A stretch of 64,000 nt of DNA, taken from positions 620,001-684,000 of the forward strand of contig OZ025796.1 of NCBI GenBank assembly GCA_964019425.1, given 5' to 3'. Of this stretch, positions 12,301 through 23,580 are shown piece by piece. The number at the start of each line of letters is the position of its first letter. Positions within the stretch are counted from its first letter, which is position 1. The DNA comes from Flectonema sp. DT1601. Taxonomy: Eukaryota. The notes beneath the pieces are model-generated. The model did not search any database and was not told the origin of the DNA. It saw nothing but the letters and a program-made list of their open reading frames with translations. A program made the translations under genes and the position numbers.

Positions 12301-13872
12301 CGAACAACTGGAATTACTGGTAAACAGGGCAGTGAGGCTGGTAACTGGATGTCTGCGGAGCACCAAACTACAGAGACTTTACAAAGAAGCCGACACGCCA
12401 AGACTGAAGGAACACATCCAGTATAAGATGTGTAGAACTTATGAACGTTTCAAATTGAGTCCGTTCCTACCGACTCGCAAGCTGACGAGAACAGGGAGTT
12501 CAGAATTATTTCAAAAATCGAAATGGGGATGGAATGTCTGGATAGACTATGTCTCTGGTGTCCCTGGCCTTGACAATTACCGGAGCATTACCAACCTGGA
12601 AGTGAACCCAGAACACTACACTGTCCCTCCATGGAAAAGTACTAGTGCGATGAGATTCACATATTCAAGTAACAAGGAAGAGGCTGAACAGCGAGAAACT
12701 GAATTACCAGCTCACGAGATGAAAGTCTACACTGACGGGTCGATAAGACACAAACCCAACACTTACATGACAGACTCGGCTGCCGCTGTGGTCATGGTTA
12801 ACGGAAGCAAGATGCGTCTACTTGGATATAAAATACCAGTAGCGGGTTCCTCTTATAGGACCGAGCAGATTGCAGTAAAAATGGCGTTGGAAAATTTAGT
12901 TCAGGTGGCGGAGGATGAACATGAATCTCTAACAACAACGACGCACCTGTTGACTGATTCGATGTCAGTCATGCAGGCATTGGAACAAGGGCCATATAAA
13001 CAAAGGTCCCCAATGAACAAAAAGATCTGGAAGTTGGCAATAAAACTAGAGAAGAAGGGAATCCAAGTCAACATGCAGTATGTACCGGCACACAGAAACG
13101 TGCGGTACAACGAAGTAGCGGACCAACTGGCGAAATTCGCTGCAGGCCTGAAGGAAGATCCACCTCACGAAGATGTTATTATTAAACAACTGCCCACTCA
13201 ACTTGACATGGGAACATTGATGACGTTTCACAAGCGGAGAAAACGGGAGAACTGGATCGGACCGGGAGAGGTAAGACACCCTCCGTACATCGAAGCTCTA
13301 ACACGACCAGAGGAAGTACTGATGTCACGCTTTAGAGTGGGACATTGCAGATCTCTGATAATCAAAGGACTGAACGAGCTGTGCTTTTTCTGTAAACTTG
13401 GAAAGGCGACAGCACATCATGTATTATTTATATGCGAACATTGGTGTATAGAAACCTTGAGAGAAAAATACATCAGTCACATGATGAATGACAAGGGAGA
13501 GGAAGCATGCCAGCTGGAGGACTGCTACTTACCTGCGAATCAACAGCAGATGACTGGTTTTGTCACAACCTTAGACAGACTGGCACAATTATTAGGACGG
13601 TAGTATTATTAAAACATCGACATTTCGAATATCAACATTGAAGGCATCATTGCAACACATCTGAAGTCGTCCAAGTGGACAATTAATTATGTAGTATTAG
13701 TTTTAAGTTATCAAAACAAAGAAAGGAGATACGAAGCCTACGGGATTCCCACCCCCAACCCCCAAAACAAAGAAAGTAAGAAAGAAAGAAAGAAAAAGAA
13801 CAGCCGCGCCTAACAGCGCAAACAGCATCACAGACTCACGGGTCGTGGTGCACTCAAAAAAAAAAAAAAAAA
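9333..13872 (+). mobile_element. LINE-A copy 1 (ingi-like, 5'-truncated within ORF1)
   Basis: ORF1 C-terminal remnant (to 9689), intact ORF2, 3' UTR and poly(A). Confidence 0.9.
9686..13603 (+). CDS. LINE-A ORF2: AP endonuclease - reverse transcriptase - RNase H - CCHC finger (intact, 1305 aa)
   Basis: LLQETW, GDINGH, GSDH (APE); KAPGPD, YRPIAL, DLQKAFD, GVPQGSVLGP, FADD, YLG (RT); YTDGS, TEQ, TDS, PAH, NEVADQLAK (RNase H); CFFC..H....C. Confidence 0.95.
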   Translation: MIVIWSNNIRSVLKPENYFRLNWALKEEKPEVVLLQETWLSKEKHFAIEGYSIHRRDSTIKSGHRGLVTLVRNDLNKLILKHPDISHDQTEILTVVLQSNPPLTIHNVYHPPEIKATTWKFKTEPGTLIAGDINGHHSTWSNGNTNITGNSFYDWSLEATIKILNKPQQHTRPQSSASPDVIALDISIDAQIELMKGWGSDHLPLKLTIEDIKTDEYSKESSGTWKWKWHCADWNYYKILLERAAPKLERIKNVQKLANRINNEILRAASRAIPGYNKKSSSTFAVRDSELEDLMAETDPDKTDSEAIERGINMIKQKIIECDMTGMDYRWAFRKVKQLEGRMMDHSITKIVDGEKELTDSREMADVFTKTYADQFKFEDGEPTLQGIPDDNSVEFGMPELERQISKTKEKKAPGPDHIWNSMLKQLPKAFLEQLLRLFNLSWQRSAVPRCWKSGMVIPILKPDKDKKQVLSYRPIALTSAVSKLFERMVVERMHHLLKDRMNPRQAAYKRGRDSIENLCIVTDKLKSAKAMGEEAILITFDLQKAFDAVQPATLLNKMSKIGLPTKYLRWVQNYLTSRKISTRVNGVKGAFRNIRVGVPQGSVLGPQLFSIFINDLIDKLEMYEPTVFADDVGIVITAGTVSCLENKVNNAVKIFERWALDSHIKINKNPGKTEYIHVRPRGTHDKSPVVVYSEEHTFKYVVATAEQMSNLVKDDNSTTVASKEEFAITHLYVVPKHKIKVKLPNKPAVLKTMKMSARFPQLKKVHNKAEIDKMLERVGPGLHGFAYAVGRKVHKTNTVRYLGVHYDEKLTFKSQIQKMMTAASKGLGLLVRLTRIGCRKRTLISILVTVVLARVLYGVESFAWMLPKECFEQLELLVNRAVRLVTGCLRSTKLQRLYKEADTPRLKEHIQYKMCRTYERFKLSPFLPTRKLTRTGSSELFQKSKWGWNVWIDYVSGVPGLDNYRSITNLEVNPEHYTVPPWKSTSAMRFTYSSNKEEAEQRETELPAHEMKVYTDGSIRHKPNTYMTDSAAAVVMVNGSKMRLLGYKIPVAGSSYRTEQIAVKMALENLVQVAEDEHESLTTTTHLLTDSMSVMQALEQGPYKQRSPMNKKIWKLAIKLEKKGIQVNMQYVPAHRNVRYNEVADQLAKFAAGLKEDPPHEDVIIKQLPTQLDMGTLMTFHKRRKRENWIGPGEVRHPPYIEALTRPEEVLMSRFRVGHCRSLIIKGLNELCFFCKLGKATAHHVLFICEHWCIETLREKYISHMMNDKGEEACQLEDCYLPANQQQMTGFVTTLDRLAQLLGR

Positions 13873-14096
13873 AGGTGACCGCAGTAGGACCTCCAGCAGT
13901 ATTTCAAGCAAGCCCTCAAAACAAGGAGGCAACTCAAACTAAGACAAGCCCTCAAAACAAAGAGGCAATTCAAATAAGCCCTCAAAATATCGAGGCACAA
14001 AGAAGTGTATTTTCAGAAACGAAACAAAGCCCTCCGTCAAATGAGGCACCCCAATCAAGCCCTCAAATCAAAGAGGCACAAAGAAGATCGACGGTG

Positions 14097-15500
14097 ATGA
14101 TGAATGGACCACCACCAAAGTTTAACAAGGAGCATTTTAAATGCAAAATACTCCAGCCAACTGATGACCTCAACAGCAAGACCAACGGCATTATACTTGC
14201 ATTATCTCAACAAGGAAGAAACCTGGACGAAGACTACTTCGAAAAGGCTAGCAAAACGCAACAACTGACGATAGTGTTCACACGACCACCTCCAAAACGT
14301 GCCCTACAACACGCAACTGACTGCAGTCAGATTCAGACGCCAGTCCAATTCGATGGACATTTAAAAATTAGAAGCTGGTGGTTCGTTACAATGTCAGGCA
14401 CGACCCACAGACCAACATTGACCATCGCCAAAAAGGTCAACCCACCGGAGACACATGAACTGATAGCCTGGATGACAAAGAAGGACATCTCCAAGGCGCA
14501 GGTGGAAAGCCCCTCAGCAGTAACAGCCATGATAAAAGCGGTTGTTGCACAACACGGAAGGGTGGATCAAAGATCGTACAGATCAGTGGAGGGAGACTTT
14601 GCGGAGTTAACAATCCTGCCAACGGATGTAGACTCAGCAGTAAAGTTACTGAAGAACTCGGGAACAGACAAGGTCTACTTCCGAATCAAACAAACGCTGG
14701 GACAGTCAGCAACCAAGTACAGTACCGTGTGGCTGGACCGCAAGACGACGAATGATGAGGCAGTTGGCATTCTGAAAGCCCAACAAGACCTCTGTTACGG
14801 ACTCACCATCAGCCACGGCAAAATAGGGTTGAGAGTGGTTAAAACAAAGGACGTCGACAAAGTAAGGAAGGGAGCTGGGAAGTACGCCAGCACTGTATAC
14901 GGCGAAGGACTACACCGTCTCAGCGGAGCGCCTTACAGCTGGGGCAACAGGCTCCAGAATATTCTATCGCAGTTGGGACTGAGATCTAAATTTGTAAGGA
15001 TGGATCGGGGTGACTTCATCATCGCGTTGGACAAGAAGCCGGAAACGAAACTTGTCCAATGTGGTGAGGTAGTCATCCTAATTGAAAAATTAGAAAGTGT
15101 GGAAGTGGAAGTGAAGAAACCCGTCGTTGTGAAATACCGCGAGGCCAAGACTTCGTATGCAGCCGCAGTCAAAAAGACGTTACCGACTCCGAAAAATCCA
15201 ACAACTGGAGTACAAAACTCTGAGAGCAGTGTTAAGGAACTCAGAGAAAAGACTGACAACATGATGGCACAACTTAAGAATGATGTTACAGATCTGCAGA
15301 AAAGATTAGAGGAGGGACTCTACAATCTAACGAAGGTGGTCGCAACCCTGACGGAGGCCGCTAATAAAAACGAAAAGAACTACAACAACATGGCCATAGC
15401 CATCACAAGTCTGGTAGAATCGGTGAAGCGGATGGAAGCCACTATTGATCTCGGTCGAACAACAAGTACGAATAGAAACAACAACACTGGCCAATCATGA
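14097..15500 (+). CDS. LINE-A ORF1 (gag-like, C-terminal coiled coil); frame is open upstream through SPQNKEA repeats
   Basis: Upstream of ORF2 and overlapping it by ATGA; SYAAAV motif; C-terminus homologous to 9340-9689. Confidence 0.8.
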   Translation: MMNGPPPKFNKEHFKCKILQPTDDLNSKTNGIILALSQQGRNLDEDYFEKASKTQQLTIVFTRPPPKRALQHATDCSQIQTPVQFDGHLKIRSWWFVTMSGTTHRPTLTIAKKVNPPETHELIAWMTKKDISKAQVESPSAVTAMIKAVVAQHGRVDQRSYRSVEGDFAELTILPTDVDSAVKLLKNSGTDKVYFRIKQTLGQSATKYSTVWLDRKTTNDEAVGILKAQQDLCYGLTISHGKIGLRVVKTKDVDKVRKGAGKYASTVYGEGLHRLSGAPYSWGNRLQNILSQLGLRSKFVRMDRGDFIIALDKKPETKLVQCGEVVILIEKLESVEVEVKKPVVVKYREAKTSYAAAVKKTLPTPKNPTTGVQNSESSVKELREKTDNMMAQLKNDVTDLQKRLEEGLYNLTKVVATLTEAANKNEKNYNNMAIAITSLVESVKRMEATIDLGRTTSTNRNNNTGQS

Positions 15501-18500
15501 TTGTGATTTGGTCAAATAACATTCGCTCAGTTCTGAAACCAGAAAATTACTTTCGATTGAACTGGGCACTGAAAGAAGAAAAGCCTGAAGTGGTACTACT
15601 GCAGGAAACATGGTTAACCGATGACAAGCCCTTCTCTGTCGACGGGTACAAAATTTACAGAAGAGACAGCACCACCAAGATGGGACATCGTGGGCTCATT
15701 ACATTGGTAAGGAATGATCTTAAAAATGCGATTATTAAACTCAACGACATCTCATTTGACCAAACTGAGATACTATCAGTAGAATTACGGTCTAATCCAC
15801 CTCTTATAATACATAATGTTTACCACCCGCCTGAAATCAAGGCAACAACCTGGAAGATTAAATCAGAACTCGGCACATTAATTGCGGGTGATATAAATGG
15901 ACACCATCCGACATGGTCTAATGGAAATAAGAACACTACTGGTATAAGCTTCTATAATTGGTCACTGGAAGCTGCAATGAAAGTTATTAACAACCCTCAA
16001 CAACACACGAGACCGCTAAGCCTGACATCCCCAGACCTTGGACAACACGATGGAAGCAGAAGTTAAAATTATGAGAGGGTGGGGTAGCGACCATCAGCCA
16101 CTCAAAATAATCATCGAAGAAATAAAGACTCAAGAGCAACATCAGAAAACTTACAATTGGAAATGGAAATGGCACTGTGCCGACTGGGAATACTACAGAA
16201 GAATATTGCAAGCTGCAGCACCCAAGCTGGAACATATAAAAACAGTCCAAAAACTGGGAGCAAGAATAAACAATGAAATATTAAAGGCAGCGGGAAGGGC
16301 CATACCAGGATATAACAAAGAAGTAGGTGGTGCCTTCACAGTGAGGGACCCTGAACTTGAGGAGTTAATGACTGAGACGGATCCGGATAAAACAACTACG
16401 GATGCTATAGCAGAAGGAATCCGAAAGGTAAAACAGAACATTATCGAATGTGATATGTCGGGAAAAGATTATCGGTGGGCCTTTCGGAAAGTCAAACAGC
16501 TAGAAGGTAGAACGATCGATCATGCGATCAGTAACATAACACACAAAGGGAGGGAATTAACTGATTCACAGGAAATAGCAAATGCTTTTACTGAAACGTA
16601 CGCAAACCAATTCCCGAAAGATGGGGAAATGGAGACAATTTCGGAACAACCGGATGAAAATGATGAGGAATTTGGGATGTCGGAACTGGTGAGACAGCTC
16701 ACAAAAACGAAGGAAAAGAAAGCACCGGGACCCGACAAGATCTGGAATTCTATGATCAAACAACTGCCGGAAGCCTTTCTCAAACAACTGTTGCGACTGT
16801 TTAACCTGTCATGGCAACGATCAGCTGTACCAAGGTGCTGGAAAAGCGGTATGGTCATACCCATATTAAAACCAGATAAGGACAAAAAGCAAGTTCTTTC
16901 TTATAGACCGATAACACTCACCTCTTCTATTGCGAAGCTCTTTGAGAGGATGATCGTTGAACGCATGCATCATTTATTAAATAAGACGATGAACCCAAGA
17001 CAGGCGGCCTACAAACGCGGACGAGATGCTACAGAAAACCTATGCATCGTAACTGACCGGCTTCTCAGTGCTAGGGACAGGGGAAAGGAAGCAATACTAA
17101 TCACCTTTGATCTACAAAAGGCATTTGACGCGGTACAGCCAAAAACTCTTATGGACAAGATGATGACCGCAGGGTTACCAACAAGGTATCTGAGGTGGGT
17201 ACAAAACTATCTGACCGGAAGAAAAATCACAACGAGGGTGAACGGAACAAAAGGTAATTTCCAAAACATACAAGTGGGTGTACCACAAGGAAGCGTGCTG
17301 GGCCCCCAGCTCTTTTCGATATTTATAAACGATTTAATAGAGAAACTGGAGAAGTTTGAGCCAACCGTCTTTGCTGACGATGTTGGGATAGTTATCGCAT
17401 CCGATACCATCAACCGTCTGGAGGATCGAGTCAATGAAACGGTACGAATCTTTGAGGAATGGGCATTAGACTCCCAAATAAAAATTAATAAGAACCCTGG
17501 CAAAACTGAATACATTCATGTGAAGCCGAACAGAACGCAGGACAAGTCCCCAGTTGTGGTGTACTCTGAAGAGCATACTTTTAAATATGTTGTGGCCACA
17601 GCAGAACAGATAAGAAACCTTGTGAAAGACGATGGCACAACAACAGTAGAAAAGAAGGAAGACTATGCTGTCACTCACTTGTACGTGGTGCCGCCACATA
17701 GAATAAAGACAAAGCTGCCGAACAAACCAACAGTAATAAAAACACTAAAGATGAATGCTCAGCGCTTCCCCCAACTAAAGAAAGTTCACAATCGGGGGGA
17801 AATAGATAAGATGTTGGAAACAGTGGGGCCAGGACTTCACGGATTCGCACTTGCAACTGGACGGAAAGTACATAAGACGAAAGTTGTAAGATACCTGGGA
17901 GTACACTATGACGAGAACCTGACATTCGAGTCACAGATGGGGAAAATGATGATAGCTGCATCCAGAGGTCTTGGCTTACTGACTAGACTTACCCGGATAG
18001 GCTGTAGGAAGAGAACGCTGATTAGCATCCTAGTGACGGTGGTCCTAGCAAGGATCCTTTATGGTGTTGAGAGCTTTGCTTGGGTACTAACAAGCAACTT
18101 TCTCCAGCAACTGGAATTAATTATAAACAGAACAGTGAGGCTGGTCACTGGATGCCTGCGGAGCACAGAATTAACAAGACTGTACGAAGAGGCAGACACT
18201 CCACGACTAAAGGAACACATCCAATACAAGATGTGCAGAACATATGAACGATTCAAGCTCAGTCCACACCTACCAGCACATGAACTGACAAAAACAAAAA
18301 GAATGGAAGAGAACCCACCAAAAACGATATGGGGATGGACTGTCTGGAATTACTATGTATCTGGGATCCCTGGTCTTGACATAAACAGAAGTATCATAAG
18401 CCAAGAAGTAAATCCGGAGCACTACACGCTACCACCGTGGAAAGAAACTAATGCGATGAAGTTCACTTACCCAGGTGACAAAGACGAGGCGAAACGGAGT

Positions 18501-19409
18501 GAAGCAGACTTACCTGCTCAAGACACGAGAGTTTACACGGATGGGTCGATAAGACACAAGTCTAAGACCTACATGACGAATGCAGCTGCTGCTGTGGTTA
18601 TAGTAGACAAAGGCAAGACGTGTCTACTTGGATACAAAATACCGGTGGCGGGTTCCTCCTACAGGACTGAACAGATCGCTGTAAAATTGGCGATGGAGAA
18701 TCTTGTTCAAGCAGCGAAGGAGGAACAAGAATGTCCAACAGCAACGACGCACCTGTTGACTGATTCGATGTCAGTTATGCAGGCATTGGAACAAGGACCA
18801 TACAAACAAAGGTCCCCAATGAATAAAGACATCTGGAAGTTAGCTATGAAGCTAGAGAGGAAGGGTGTACAAATTAACGTACAGTATGTGCCAGCGCACA
18901 GAAATGTACGATACAATGAAGTAGCAGACCAGCTTGCGAAGTATGCAGCAGGCCTGAAGGATGATCCACCTTATAAGGATGTAATTATTAAACAACTACC
19001 CGCTCAACTTGATATGGGAACGATGATGACCTTCCACAAGCGGAGAAAACGGGAGAACTGGTTAGGGCCAGGAGAGGTAAGGCACCCTCCATACATTGAT
19101 GAGCTCACCAGACCGGAAGAAGTGATCATGTCACGCTTTAGAGTGGGACACTGCAGATCCTTGAAACTCAAGGGACAAAATGAGAAATGCATCTTCTGTA
19201 AAGATGCAAGGGCAACACCACATCATGTGGCCTTATTATGTGAACACTGGTGCGTGGAATTCTTAAGAGACAAGTACATCGATCCTATGATAAACGAAGA
19301 AGGAGAAGAACCATGTTCTCTAGAAGACTGTTACTTACCGAATAACCAACGAAGGATGTTAAACTTTGTCACTGCCTTGGACGAACTAGCAGTACTAACA
19401 GGAAGGTAA
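15497..19409 (+). pseudogene. LINE-A ORF2 (APE-RT-RNaseH) with one frameshift near 16040
   Basis: ORFs 15497-16066 and 16038-19409 together are collinear with 9686-13603; short deletion in the SPDVIALD motif. Confidence 0.9.
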
Positions 19410-19702
19410 TCTTATAATCGACAAATGTCAAGACCAAGACCGCAGCCTACAAGACTAGGAAGTACCGATGGCAATTTAGCAACACATCCGAAGACGTCCA
19501 AGTGGACAATTTACTCTGTAGTATTAGTTTTAAGTTATCAAAACAAAGAAAGGAGATACGAAGCCTACGGGATCCCCACCCCCAACCCCCAAAACAAAGA
19601 AAGTAAGAAAGAAAGAAAGAAAAAGAACAACCGCGCCTAACAGCGCAATCAGCATCACAGACTCACGGGTCGTGGTGCACACAAAAAAAAAAAAAAAAAA
19701 AA

Positions 19703-19835
19703 TTCCTTTCTATTTATGAACGAACCTTTTGGGGTCAACTTACCCCGCTCATAAACAGGATATCAAGTGAACAGAGAATTAACCTTCTCTGTATCACAAC
19801 ATATCCAGTATCAAAAAAAAAAAAAAAAAAAAAAA
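19703..19835 (+). repeat. Short poly(A)-tailed 3' fragment of unidentified element
   Basis: Matches 131-251; sits directly after the LINE-A poly(A). Confidence 0.7.
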
Positions 19836-19888
19836 CCACTTATAAACAAAATTTTCACAACAAAAAAGTTTTTTATTTATTTATTTTT

Positions 19889-22800
19889 ACTGGTCGAAGA
19901 AAACGGACACGAAGGGATGCCAACTCCTGGGCTGGAGCCAATCGAATAACCTCCTGATAGCAAACGATCCGAGATTTGCAACGTTGCCGAGACACGGTAC
20001 TTCGCCGGATGTTATTCTCCACCATGAGGAATTACAATTGTTACACTTCGGGCTTATTGGTGATGGTACCGAACATGGATCTGATCACTTACCACTTGCT
20101 GCTGTCTTTGATACGTTCTCACCTCTGGAGACGGTGAACAACCAAGCCTCGAAAAAGTCGGTCTGGGACTTCAATACAGCTGATTGGCTTTCGTTCCGAT
20201 GCGATCTGGACTACCGACTAAGCAAGGTGAACAGTATGCCGAAGGTGGGTATCAGGGCAGCAACATTTAACCGTATCCTGCTTCATGTGGCGAAGAAAAA
20301 CATCCGAAGACTGCTTAGGATCCAGGGTAAGAGGAGGCGAATGTGGAATGCTTCGACTCCAGAGACTAAACAAGCGAAGGGAAAATTCGTTGCCGAGAAA
20401 TTGGCTCAGGGTGAAGGATTTGCGTTTGCTTTTAAGAAAATTAAAGACCTGGATGCCGATGGGGGTCAGGAGATTCAAATCCCTGAATTCAGTGAGGACC
20501 AACTCCCTATTAAATTCCTTGAGCAATTCGTGAAGACCTCTGTCAGGAAACGATTGAAATCTCCTAAGCTGAAGCCGAATGATTACGTGGGTGTTTGTGG
20601 ACCTCTAGTAATGTCTGAGCTTGAGCGTGCAATCAAGAAAATAAAGGCGAGAAAGGCCCCTGGTCCTGATGGAATCCACGGGGCGATGCTCAAGAACCTT
20701 TCCGCAACCGGTAGAAGATTTCTCTTATCGGTGTTTAACGACTCCTGGCTCGCGGCTAAGGTACCAAAAGTTTGGAAAGAGGGTATGATTAAACCGGTAT
20801 ACAAACCGGGTAAACCCAAAGAAAAGCTATCCAGCTACAGACCGATCACGTTGACATCTGTAGTCGGTAAAATGCTTGAACGGATAATTTACGACAGGCT
20901 AATGTATTGGTTGACGTCAAATAATGCCTTGTCCTCCATTCAGGCAGGTTTCAGAAGGGGTAGGAATACTTGCGAGCAAATCTCACTGCTGGTCAATGCG
21001 CTTCATGGTGCGAGAAAAGGTGGCAAGAGTTCGATACTGCTCTCTTTCGACTTCACTGAGGCATTTGATAGGATAAATCATGTTAAACTGATTGCTAAAA
21101 TGGTGGCGATGGGGATTCCTTCACCATTCATCGGATGGGTCGCTAACTTTCTGACGCGAAGGAAGGCAAAGGTTAGTGTCAATGGCAATCTGAGCGCATA
21201 CAGAACTGTGACGAAAGGTGTTCCGCAAGGGTCGATTGTTGAGCCTCTCCTTTATCTGATATATGTCGACGACCTGGCTAAGAAACTTGAGAAGACTGGA
21301 TGTGTTTCAGCACTCTACGCAGACGACACAGCTTGTGTGGTATCGAATAAGGATTTTAAAGTAACTTACCGGATGGCGCAATTAGTCCTTGGGTTAGTGG
21401 ATCGTTGGTGCAAAGATAATGACATGGCACTGTCGGTTTCGAAGACCTGCGGGATGCCGGTGGACTGTCCTAGGAATATGTATTGGAGGCTGGGATTCCC
21501 CAGAACGTCAGGAGAGAACTTCTTTCGGATCAGTAGGGAGGAACTGGCTGGGATGATTCGGTCAAATGAAGAAGGTAGGCCATTACTTGGAAATGGGGCG
21601 ATGATCCTCAAGCTGGGTGATACGGAGGTTACGAAGGCAAGTGATCTTCTAGAAATGATGCCAGTGGGACCGGATCCGACCTGGGTGAAGTTGCTGACTG
21701 CCGTACTCATGCCGATGGTGGATAGTGTAAAGTACTTGGGTGTCCATATTTACATATGGTACACAAGTGGATAAACTACTGGATGAGACGAGGAAGGGAC
21801 TTGTACTGCTTCGAAAGTTAGAGCTATTCAACTTTGATTTCAAAACGCTGAACATGATCAAGAACTTATACATCCTCTCAAGGATTCTGTATGGGCTTGA
21901 GAGCTATGGACCTTTCTTGACAGATGAACAGCTAAAACCTATTGACCTGAATCTGAGGAAGATAGCTAGAAAGATCACCGGCTGCGGCTTCAACACAAGG
22001 TCCCTTCCGTTACTGTGGGAGGCGAACATACTCCCGATGAGACTGCAGATTGAGAAGCTGGCCAGGATAGCTTTGTTCCGGTATCGATCACTGGATTGGG
22101 TTCCTTCTACGAAGGGAATCGCTAGTGGAACTTGGAGTTCAACTTTACCGGCTGAGGACCGTAATATGGAGATCCAAGGGATTGTCACGCCCGACAGCAT
22201 CGAGCCATGGATAGATGTTCCGAACCTGGAGATATCTTGCAGATATGGACATTCGAAGACCGGTGTTGCTGAAGTGGACAAGGCTAAGTTCGAGGAGTAC
22301 TGCAGCGAACTTAGGCCATGTACCTCGTCCATTTTTGTTGACGGATCCCACGACCCTGTCAACTACACGGCAGGCGCAGCAGCAGTGCAGATCACGCCGT
22401 GTGAACGGACCATGGCATCGAGACTTGTTGCAACGGAAAGTAGTTATAAAGCTGAACAGGTAACTCTGAAGCTGTTAATAAGTGAATTTGGAAAAGCAAC
22501 CTCTGTCTTGGGTCCCAGATCTGGAATCACGAGAGTCTTCAGTGATTCTAAATCCAATCTGGATGAGCTGCGTGGTGGAATTGCGGCTCAGAGGAAGCTG
22601 AACTCTCTCTCGATACTAGAAGGGATAAGAAAATTAGACTCATTCGTACACCTTCAATTCATCCCAGCTCACGTGGGAATTGAACCGCATGACAAGGCAG
22701 ATGAACTGGCGAAAAAGATCTCAAAAGATGTTAAGAGCAAGCCGGTGTCAACGACCATGGACTTCTTCTCACATAAGTCAAGGATAGCGAGGGAAGCTAA

Positions 22801-23568
22801 CAGAAAGCTGTTTGGTAAGATTATGGAGGGTTCAACAAGGGCGAAACCACCGATCAAACGGGTGATGCTTAGGCAATATCTTGATGCTACCGGAGGCCTT
22901 GAGAGCGGCTCGATACCCCAAGGACATGCTGAGAGAATCAGAGATAAGGATAGCCAGGTTCAGAACGGGCTCTCACCCCCTGCTCAGGGTAAATGAACTA
23001 CCGATAAAGTGCCCCTTCTGCAAAAGAACAGACTCTACTGCCCGACATCTAATATTTGATTGCGAGGATGGTGACGTGGTCCGCATTAGAGAAGGAACAA
23101 TAAGATCAAACATTCAGGAAGCGAGAATTTCCGAGACCAAACTGAATCTTTCAATAATGTTTGCGACGAGAAATCTTCACGCCCTAGCAGGCTACTTATG
23201 GCATTTGGAACAACGAACAGGCTTATCAAACTGTTAACTGATTGGTAGTTGCTAATTCATTAGTATCATTCTCCCTTATCACACTCCTTAATCATCTCCT
23301 AATTTCTCTGAGGACATCCGCAGAGCTTCATGGCTCGTAGGTAACCCAGTGGTCTTTGGCCACCGTCCCTGTACTGATCCTTCGCTTTATATTAACTGTG
23401 TCTTGAGATTCCTATCCGGGGAAGTCCTCCAACGGACTCAGGACAGTTGCGCTTGTTTTTACTTATATACTTTATCAAAAAATAAGAAGGGCAAGAATGC
23501 TCAGAATGAAGAAAAATAAAGTGGAAAGACAGGGGGGATGTGACTAAATAAATAAATAAAAAAAAGTT
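19889..23568 (+). mobile_element. LINE-B copy 1 (5'-truncated in APE; frameshifts near 21750 and 22895)
   Basis: TSPD..GSDH (APE end), YADD RT, FVDGS/SDS/PAHVG RNase H, CPFC finger; (TAAA)n tail; GP->EP change in the PQGS motif. Confidence 0.9.
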
Positions 23569-23580
23569 TTTATTTATTTA

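Larger units (their letters stand above)
13873..19702 (+). mobile_element. LINE-A copy 2 (ORF1 plus frameshifted ORF2)
   Basis: Begins directly after the copy-1 poly(A); near-identical 3' terminus and poly(A) at ~19684-19702. Confidence 0.9.

Noticed and set aside
21740..21774. Programmed frameshift in LINE-B, because both copies share it
   Set aside because: Compared with LINE-C (GVHIDDRLTF), residues are deleted and no slippery heptamer is visible; better explained as an inherited lesion.
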